Assembly (NCBI RefSeq): GCF_001194135.2
Contig: NC_068995.1
Span: forward strand, 4,137,241-4,190,598
Direction of reading: 5' to 3'
Length of the DNA: 53,358 nt
Origin: Octopus bimaculoides
Lineage: Eukaryota
Numbering within the stretch: the first letter of the stretch is position 1; the number at the start of each line of letters is the position of its first letter. The notes beneath the pieces are model-generated. The model had not been told where the DNA came from, did no database searches, and saw only the letters and a list, made by a program, of their open reading frames with translations. Positions 1 to 9,218 of the stretch are shown in pieces. The translations under genes and the position numbers were made by a program.

Positions 1-38
<38 letters not shown>
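1..38. repeat. (TA)n microsatellite
   Basis: Direct reading; one of dozens of (TA)n/(CA)n/(GA)n tracts in the window. Confidence 0.95.
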
Positions 39-42
<4 letters not shown>

Positions 43-814
43 AGTGTGTGTGTATGTATACATGCATGTAAGCACCTGTATAACTGCACACTAAACCTGT
101 TTAGAAGTGTACGTGTGTCCGTATGTATAATCATACGTGTGTGGATTTGTGCTTTTAGGATATTTTCGTGTACGTCTGTATCACTATACAACAGTATCAC
201 TATTATTTATTCTACCTCTAGGTATTTTATATATACACGATGTTTATGTCTACTTTTGGAGTAATGCCAGTCGCTTAATTACGGTTGTAATGTCTATATA
301 GATTAGCATCTTTTTTTTTCAAAAAAAGTTTTTCTCGATATATTTTATTTTCTGTTATTATTTTTTATACATTATTTCAGAATGTAGGAAAGAAAACGTT
401 TCAATAAGTATGTTTGCTCTATAAAGAATCTTTAAAAAAAAATAACTTTAAACGAATTTTAAAAAAAATATGTTGATTTATGTTTCGCAAGAGGGTCGGG
501 ATTAATATTTCGTAAATGAAATATTCATGGTTATTATTATTGTTATTGTTGTTTTTGCTTATTTTTTTGATCTGGTACGAAGTAATGTTTGGAGCGGGGA
601 GGATTTCTGCTCGCGACATTATATTTTGTAATTAAATGAGGGGAATATTTGAAGAAAATTACAACTACGGAAAAAATGCCTTGCAGTATTTCTTGTGTCA
701 CTTTATATTTTGTGTTCAAATCCCGCCGAAATCAATTATTACTTTTATCCCCTCTAGAATTGATAAAATAAACTATCAACTTAAAACTAAGGTTCATAAT
801 AGCAGGCCGTGTTC

Positions 815-815
<1 letters not shown>

Positions 816-850
<35 letters not shown>

Positions 851-1345
851 GAGTGAGAGAGCAGCGCATGCCATCAAAGTGACACTGGGGTAAAATATAT
901 GAAGCCCAGTATACCGATCATGACTACCTGTCTGATAAGGGTACACCAGGCACATGCATAACAACCACATGTGCGCGACATGGTGATCTTATAGCGCATG
1001 ACCTTGCAGAGGGGACCAGTTAGAATTGTTTTCATGTTGAGTAGCCCATCCCACTCAGAAGCACCCATGTTTCCAGTTGTGTATTATTAAAAATTCCTCT
1101 CAACACATGGCTATGACGCTCCCCCACTACTTCTGCTCGTGATCAGAGATGCACATATCGTCATCCACCAAGGGACATGCTCAACTGGTTACGGTCAAAC
1201 AACTGACAAGCAAATCTGTGGTATTAAGCAGAATATTTGCTGTAGCCCATCTTTTATACCAAGGCAAAACAATGTACATGGTGACAGTTCCGATCAGTTA
1301 AGATCAGAAGCCATGTGAACTAGTACCTGGTATTACATCGGGGCC
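816..1345 (-). mobile_element. Interspersed repeat, probable 3' end of a non-LTR retroelement with an (AAT)n tail
   Basis: A GC-richer ~500 bp block ends on the minus strand in a clean (AAT)n run (plus-strand (TTA)n at 816-850). No ORF; family not assigned. Confidence 0.45.
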
Positions 1346-1784
1346 TTTATATTGCATCAGAGCATTTATGGTATTGCATCAGCGCTTTTATATTGCATTA
1401 TTGTTATCATTGTTGTTGATGTTGTTGATGTAGTTGTCGTGTGCTAAATTCGCTTTTCAACTTTGAATCTGAACTTCGGCTCCAAAGAGTCGAGGCTATA
1501 TACTGTAAAACGTTTGTTCAATAAATGTAACATTTGTACAGAATCACCATTGTATTTTGGGAAAAAGAAATATATTGATTTCTAACGAGAAAAGTAAGTC
1601 TGATCGAGTAAATCGATCTAATACTTGAATGATTCTTTGTTTTATCGAACTTCTCGACAGACAATATTTATGTCGCAGTTTCACATATGTATGACTACAA
1701 AATTATTTCGTTTGTAAACATCAGATTTTATACAGTAAAATATGTGCAAACTACATCTTTGTTGAATATGAGAGTGATACCTAA

Positions 1785-1985
1785 CATGATCACAAGACCA
1801 GAACATTTTAGGGAAGGGAGTTATCGATGAAACCGGCCTAATACTTGATTGACACTCTGTCATCTACCCGGGAAAGAGCAAAATGCAAATTTGACCTTAA
1901 GGGGATTTGAACTCAGAATGTAGAGATAGACTAAATACTGCAATTCATTTTACATTCAACTATTTCTGTTAATTTACCAACATTT
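1785..1985 (-). mobile_element. tRNA-derived SINE, family A (degenerate)
   Basis: Minus strand contains ttctgagttcaaatcccc (B-box-like) followed by aggtcaaatttgc; the tail matches other copies in the window. Confidence 0.6.
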
Positions 1986-2285
1986 TGTTAAATATAGTAA
2001 GAAACCGTCTGACAATATAATATAAAGTTTAATTATTTATAAAGCTATTTAAATGTATATTCCTGGAATTATTACTTATGAGTTGGGGATAAGACAGTTG
2101 TTTGTTTGTTCGAAGAGATATTTAAAAAAATTTTCTGCTGTTGATGTTCTTGTTTTGCTGTTAGCATATTATGGAATGTTTCATCAATTAAAATTTCAAA
2201 AGCTTAAGGACAAAAGCACGTAGACTTGCCTGCATTGGATCGACCAGGGCTAATCACTGTGAAATTCATTTTGATGATGCAGTTT

Positions 2286-5200
2286 TCATCGCACTGGAAT
2301 TTCAACGTCTCTCAGATCAGTTTTATCACCATGATTGTCTTCTTTCGCTGTTGAACTCATTAATCTTTGAGAATTCTCAATGGCATCACCAGAATGTGAC
2401 AATGTGTCAGCATGTTTTTCGTACGGGTTCTCGATTTTTCCTTTATTAACTCGGACAGCGTTAATTTTTCCTTCTTTGAACTTATTTGAAGAGGGTTGTG
2501 ACGAAGATCTTCGCGATATCACTTTGGATGTGAGATCGGTTTTACTCGACCCTAGTGAAATCTGTTCTCCATAATCAGTTCTATTTGTGTCTTTAAAATT
2601 ATTAAAGCTATCACTTTTCATCGGTAAAGCATATAAAACATTTAACGGCATATGAAGACTTTTTTTAGATAATTTCTTAGAGGGCTTAACTGAATTTGAG
2701 GGATTATGGGCATTAGGCAACTCTATGACTAGGGACGATGGATCTTGAATTCCTAAATACCGTTTCACTAACATTGTATGGCTGAAGTTCCGTTTATGTA
2801 GAGAAATCGTATTAGAAGGTTTTGCTGCCGTACGTTTAAACTTTTGGCGCCTTTTAGCAGCAAACTTACGATTAGCAATTAAGTAATTCCTTCCCACAAT
2901 TCGTTTACCGACAAATAAGGGATCCTCATCTCGTTTAGCTGATAACAAGGTATATCGATTTCGTTCACTATCTACTAGGGGATATTTAATTGTTTTACTT
3001 ACAAAAGAAGGCCCTGAATATCGCTTAATCCCATGAAAAAAATTTGACCGCAAACGTGAAATTTTATCTGCTGAAGATTCATCTTCTTTTCTTCTAAAAA
3101 TAGGTTTATTTATAGTTACTGATTCTAACTCCCGTTTATCATTAGATACTTGCTGATCGCCTTTTAGAGAATTTTTATTGTGTGTAACTAAATTCATAAG
3201 GCGCAATTTTCGTTTGCTTACAAGACCAGGGTTGTACTTTGACTTACCATTAACATATTGGGAAAGTCTATTTCCAAACTGGGTCTCACTAAACCCTCCT
3301 TTACTGAGTAATTCTGTGACGTGCTCACGTTTGCCAACAAACAAAGAATCTTCCTCTCGTTTACCGACAAACATGGGATCTTCTCTTTTACCGACAAACA
3401 TAGGATCTTCTCTTTTACCGACAAACATAGGATCTTCTCTTTTACCGACAAACATGGGNNNNNNNNNNTTACCGACAAACATAGGATCTTCTCTTTTACC
3501 GACAAACATAGGATCTTCTCTTTTACCGACAAACATGGGATCTTCTCTTTTACCGACAAACATGGGATCATCTCTTTTACCAACAGACATAGGATCTCTT
3601 TTACCGACAAACATGGGATCTTCCCTTTTACCGACGAACATTGGATCTTCTCTTTTACCGACAAACATAGGATTTTCTCTTTTACCGACAAACATGGGAT
3701 CTCCTCTTTTACCGACAAACATAGGATCTTCTCTTTTACCGACAAACATAGGATCTTCTCTTTTACCGACAAACATGGGATCTTCTCTTTTACCGACAAA
3801 CATGGGGTTTTCTCTTTTACCGACAAACATGGCGTTTTCTCTTTTACCAACAAACATATGATCTTCTCTTTTACCAATGAACATAGGATCTTCTCTTTTA
3901 CCGACAAACATGGGGTCTTCCCTTTTACCGACAAACACAGGATCTTCCCTTTTACCTATAAACATGGGATCTTCTCTTTTACCGTCAAACATGGGGTCTC
4001 CTCTTTTACCGACAAACATGGGATCTTCTCTTTTACCGACAAACATGGGGTCTTCTCTTTTGCCAACAAACATAGGATCTTCTCTTTTACCAACAAACAT
4101 AGGATCTTCTCTTTTACCGATAAACATAGGATCTTCTCTTTTACCGACAAACATGGGGTCTTCTCTTTTACCGATGAACATGGGATCTTCTCTTTTACCA
4201 ACGAACATGGGGTCTTCTCTTTTACCGATGAACATGGGATCTTCTCTTTTACCAACAAACATAGGATCTTCTCTTTTACCGATAAACATAGGATCTTCTC
4301 TTTTACCAACGAACATGGGGTCTTCTCTTTTACCGACAAACATTGGATCTTCTCTTTTACCAACGAACATAGGATCTTCTTTTTTACCGATGAACATGGG
4401 ATCTTCTCTTTTACCAACGAACATTGGGTCTTCTCTTTTACCGATGAACATGGGATCTTCTCTTTTACCGACAAACATGGAATCTTCTCTTTTACCGATA
4501 AACATAGGATCTTCTCTTTTACCAACGAACATAGGGTCTTCTTTTTTACCGATGAACATGGGATCTTCTCTTTTACTGACAAACTTGGTATCTTCTCTTT
4601 TACCGATGAACATTGGATCTTCTCTTCTACCAACAAACATGGGGTCTTCTCTTTTACCGATGAACATAGGATATTCCCTCTTACCAACAAACATATGATC
4701 TTCCCTTTTACCGACAAACATGGGGCCTTGTCGTTTACCGATAAACATGGGATCTTCTCTTTTACCAACGAACATAGGATCTTCTCTTTTACCTATAAGC
4801 ATGGGATGTTCTCTTTTACCGACAAACATAGGATCCTCTCTTTTACCGACAAACATGGGATCTTCTCTTTTACCAAGAAACATAGGCTCTTTCTCTCGTT
4901 TACCAACAAACATAGGGTCCTCTCTTTTACCGATGAACATAGGATCTTCTCTTTTACCGACAAACATAGGGTCCTCTCTTTTACCGATGAACATAGGATC
5001 TTCTTTCTTACCGACAAACATAGGTTGTTCTCGTTTACCAACAAATCTAGGCTCTGTCTCTCGTTTACCCACAAACATGGGATCTCCTCTTTTACCGACA
5101 AACATGGGGTTTTCTCTTTTACCAACAAACGTGGGATCTTCCCCTCGTTTACCCACGAACATGGGATCTCGTTTACTGACAAATTTAGGGTCTTTTTCAT

Positions 5201-7126
5201 GTTTCCCGACATTCATAGGCTCTTTCTCTCGTTCATCAGCAAACATGGGATCTTTCTCTCGTTTGCCAACGAACACAGGATCTTCCTCTCGTTTACCGAC
5301 AAAGACCGGATCCTCCTCTCGTCTACCGATAAACATAGGATCTTCTCGTTTCCCGGCAAACATAAGTTCTTTCTCTCGTTTACCAATAAACATAGGGTTC
5401 TTCTCTCGTTTACCTACAAACATAGGATTCCTTTTACCGACAAACATAGGCTCTTTCCCTCGTTTACCGATAAACATTGGATCTTCTCGTTTACCAACAA
5501 ACATTGGATCTTCTCTTCTACCAAGAAACATTGGGTCTTCATCACGTTTACCTACAAACATGGGATCTTCCTCTCGTTTACCAACAAACATAGGACCATT
5601 TCCCCGTTTCCCGACAAACATAGGATCTTCTCGTTTACCGACAAACACAGGATCATCCTCTCGTTTACCAACAAACACAGGATCATCGTCTCGTTTACCA
5701 ACAAACATGGGATTTTCCTCACGTTTACCGACAAACATTGGATCCTCCTCTCTTTTACGACCAAATACAGTCTCTCTGGAAAATGGCGCAACGAAAGCTG
5801 AGGGAAATGATGCCGGCTTTTGTCTTCCCGTTAAAAGCGTATCGTTATTTCGGAAAGAACGAAATATTAGATCCGGATCATGTATATTAGTATATACAGA
5901 TCTTGAATTTCGCTTTCTGGGAAATAACGGATGATCGTTTTGTCGTTTGCCTGCCAATGCAGAATCATAATGAAATCGTTTGCTTATAATAATGGGACCA
6001 TCTGGTTTGTTTAAAAATGTGTGATCCCGATATTGTTTTCCTCCAAATAAGGGCTCACCATGGAATGGTTTACCTGTATATATTACATTATCATCGTATA
6101 TGGGATCGCCTGGCTTGTTTGATATGTCCTGGTCTAGATAATCATGTGTAGGTAACTGATTATTATAACCTCTTTTTCCTACAAATAAGGGGTTATCATC
6201 TCGTTTGCCTACAAAAAGAGGATCATCATCTCGTTTGCCTACAAATAAAGGATTTTCTAGTTTTTGCTCACGATAATTCTGTTTGCTTCTAAATAAGGGA
6301 ACTTGTGTACCTGCTAACAAGGGATTTTCCTCCGAACGTCGTTTGCTTACAAATAATCGATGGTGTGAATTCTCAACGGAGAGAGGGTATTCACTCTTTT
6401 TACCTACAAACATGGGGTCTGGATTTCGTTTACCAACAAAAAAGGGATCTGAATCTCGCTTACCAACAAAAAAGGGTTCTGCATTTCGTTTACCAACAAA
6501 AAAGGGGTCTGAATCTCGTTTGCCTACAAAAAAGGGGTCTGGATTTCGTTTACCAACAAAAAAGGGATCTGAATCTCGCTTACCAACAAAAAAGGGTTCT
6601 GAATTTCGTTTACCTACAAAAAAGGGGTCTGAATCTCGTTTGCCTACAAAAAAGGGGTCTGAATGTCGTTTACCTACAAAAAACGGATCTGGGTCTCGTT
6701 TACCAACAAAGAAAGGATCTGGATCTCGTTTACCAACAAAGAAAGGGTCTGGATCTCGTTTACCTACAGAAAAGGGGTCAGAATTTCTCTTCCTAACATA
6801 TAAAGTGTTTGGATCCCTTTTACCAATGAACATGGGGTCTGGATCTCGTTTACCGACAAATAAAGTGTCTGGATCCTTTTTACCTACAAAGAATAGATCT
6901 GGAACCCGTCTACCAACAAAGAAGTGGTCCCGACCCCGTTTTCCTACAAAAAAAGGATCTTGATCCCTTTTTCCCACCAAAAATGGATCTGGGTCCCGTT
7001 TTCCCACAAAAAAAGGATCTGGATCCCTTTTGCCTATAAACATGGGGTCTGGATCTCGTTTATCAACATATAAATGATGTTGGTCGTTCCGTTTACCTAA
7101 CAACATTGTGTCCGGATCCTGTTTAT
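2286..7126 (-). CDS. Exon C: PXFVamide (Mytilus inhibitory peptide-type) precursor cassette, ~116 repeat units of [DE]x(x)PxF(V/I)-G-KR
   Basis: The 4.8 kb ORF is uninterrupted apart from a 10-N gap and consists of KR-flanked, Gly-extended peptides (DPDPFFV, DDDPLFV, EDPMFV, EDPMFI). Acceptor ctccacactttctttgcag|AT (AG 7128-7127), phase 1. The PxFV-amide C-terminus is the established signature of molluscan MIP/PXFVamide peptides (e.g. GSPMFVamide). Confidence 0.95.
3330..5760 (-). repeat. 27/30-bp coding tandem repeat, PMFV block (~88 units, EDPMFVGKR type)
   Basis: Plus-strand unit ttaccgacaaacatgggatcttctctt (27 nt); mostly 30-nt variants in the 5' part of the exon (higher coordinates); gap at 3459-3468. 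Confidence 0.95.
6395..7120 (-). repeat. 30-bp coding tandem repeat, PFFV block (~24 units, DPDPFFVGKR type)
   Basis: Plus-strand unit such as gaatctcgtttgcctacaaaaaaggggtct, repeated in exact 30-nt register. Confidence 0.95.
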
Positions 7127-7711
7127 CTGCAAAGAAAGTGTGGAGAATTTTCTTATTAGCTGATTTCATACCATTACTTTCTTTATATTATCCTTAATTA
7201 ATCTAGAATATTTCATATTTTTGTTGATATTCTTGTAACTAATTATATTTGCCAACGTGAAACAGTAACGGAAAAATATTTATATCAACGGACCAGCTTC
7301 GACGAATGACAATGTTTTGGCTATTTTTCTTTTAAGTTCTGGCGCATTACATATTCCATTTCGTTTTATACCTTCAGCTTTTCATCGCACGCTTCGGGGA
7401 TTTTCGTTGAATCTTCATATTTTCGTCCCACTGCATTATTCACGAAACGTTGAGTAAAATTCTTTGTTGAAAACATTTTTTCTCAGATCTTTAGCCAGGA
7501 AAAAAAGTGGTTTCATATGTGTTACTGCGTAAAGCATTTAAGCATAATGCAATAGCTGATTCCCTGATGTAGACTCTGTAACCATTCTAATTGCTATGAT
7601 GGTAGGTACTTAAAGGCACTAAATAATCTGTGATATTAATTTTGATAGATATAATTTGACTCCCGTGATTATAACTTATGATATAGTATTGTCTATTACT
7701 TTGCACTTATG

Positions 7712-7717
7712 TTTATT
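7712..7717 (-). terminator. Candidate polyadenylation signal (AATAAA) between exon B and exon C
   Basis: Plus-strand tttatt at 7712-7717 is AATAAA on the minus strand, ~720 nt after the exon B stop and upstream of the exon C acceptor. The hexamer is common in AT-rich DNA. Confidence 0.3.
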
Positions 7718-8436
7718 GCACAAAAGAATATGTTCTTCGCTATTGTTTGAAATGCTTGTCAAGAAGTTCTATCATTTTTCCAGTATGTTTTGGTGATATT
7801 TCGAATGAGAAAATTGTGACAACTATACCTGTAAACACGAAAAGGATGAGATATTCCATCACCCAAGACATCTGCGCAAGTATAGTATTAAGGTTCACCA
7901 AATGGATTGTAAATTGGAATATTAAAAGCCTTTTGTACGAAGCCAATCCATTTAAAACAGGGTTTGTTTTTTCTTTAAAAGGACAAATTCAGAAAAAAAT
8001 TGAATAAATTTGAAATTGCTATCTTGAGTCAAAGATCGCTGAAATGAATTGTGGAACGAATTTGGATATTGAATCCTATTAGCTAAGAATCTATCCTAAG
8101 AGCTACCTGCCAGCAGATTTAATTTGATGTTATTGGACATTCCTGAAACATTATTACCATTTGATCCACTTGTGTGAAGCATTTCAGTTACACCATTTAA
8201 CGTTGTTTGGAACGATTGTCACTTACCATTATTGAAACTTCCCCATATCCTGATGCCATTCAGATATTTCCAACGAAAAAAGGAGAGCAATAGTTTACCT
8301 TTTTCTTTCTAGATGACATTTTAAATGCTCAGACTATAAATTAAATCGCTAGTAATTTTCTGCAAGAAATGGTTTTCCCGCGTGTTTTTCTATCTATATC
8401 AGGAATATTAGCGAATCTCTAGTGTACACTCCAATT

Positions 8437-9218
8437 TCACTTACCGATTAATACAAAATATTTACCTTTACGTCTGAAAGTATTCCAAATTTTAAGATCA
8501 AGCAGTTTAGCTAAGGTTTCAGTAGCATTGTGCCAAATTCTCGGGTCCAACATTTCCAAATTATTCTTACCTAAAAATTCCATTGGACGCTTATCAAAGT
8601 AATCCAATTTTCTTTTCCCCAAAAATTCCATGGGGCGCTTTCCTAGGAATTCCATACCTCTTTTTCCAAGGAACTCCATTGGACGTTTACCTAAAAATTC
8701 CATTGATCGTTTTCCAAGAAATTCCATTGGTCTTTTCCCTAAGAATTCCATACGCCTTTTTCCCAAGAATTCCATCCGTCTTTTACCCAAGAATTCCATT
8801 CTTCTTTTATCATCTAAATCATCTGCTCTCTTTCCCAAGAATTCCATGGGACGTTTTCCCAAAAATTCCATAGGGCGTTTACCCAAAAATTCCATCGGTC
8901 TTTTTCCTAAGAATTCCATTGGTCTTTTTCCTAAGAATTCCATCGGTCTTTTACCAAGGAATTCCATCGGCCGTTTACCAAGAAATTCCATTGGTCTTTT
9001 ACCGAGAAATTCCATCGGCCTCTTTTCAAGACCTTCATCTTCGTCATCAGTATAGGCAATGAAAGGATCATTCATTACCGATTCATCTGGTAGCGCTACT
9101 TCACCGTTATCTTGCGTATGACCACTAGGGATGTTCAAATAGGAACTGCCTACAAGTGGCTTCATAACTGTGTCCTTCACTGCGTTTTTGACAGACTCTG
9201 AATCAGCGGCATTGTAAT
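8437..9218 (-). CDS. Exon B: EFLamide (xMEFLamide, TRH-type) precursor cassette, 17 copies (12 PMEFL, 3 RMEFL, 1 SMEFL, 1 GMEFL)
   Basis: The ORF has tandem KR-xMEFL-G-KR units (dibasic cleavage plus Gly amide donor) after an acidic pro-region. Acceptor ttgtgtttctttgtatttctag|AT (AG 9220-9219), phase 1; joining to exon A recreates GAT (Asp). The 3' end is ambiguous: stop at 8439-8437, or phase-1 donors after 8466 (G|GTAAAT) or 8445 (G|GTAAGT). Confidence 0.92.
8567..9026 (-). repeat. 24-bp coding tandem repeat (KRPMEFLG)
   Basis: About 19 in-register 24-nt units: 17 peptide copies plus 2 acidic same-length units, with synonymous variation at third positions. Confidence 0.95.

Noticed and set aside
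3178-5934. Long plus-strand ORFs (826, 404, 273, 227 aa) and off-frame minus ORFs over the PXFVamide array
   Set aside because: These are shadows of a 27/30-bp repeat that happens to lack stops in other frames. Only the minus frame gives meaningful KR/G-KR motifs with synonymous third-position variation.
3330-7120. CRISPR-like or satellite interpretation of the periodic array
   Set aside because: There are no unique spacers, the context is eukaryotic, and the units translate as a coherent prohormone.
7127-7169. ORF-finder start MKSANKKILHTFFA as the precursor N-terminus
   Set aside because: Not a signal peptide; it is the intron end (polypyrimidine tract plus CAG).
8583-9055. Plus-strand ORFs (96 and 141 aa) over the EFLamide array
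   Set aside because: Antisense shadows of the 24-bp repeat.
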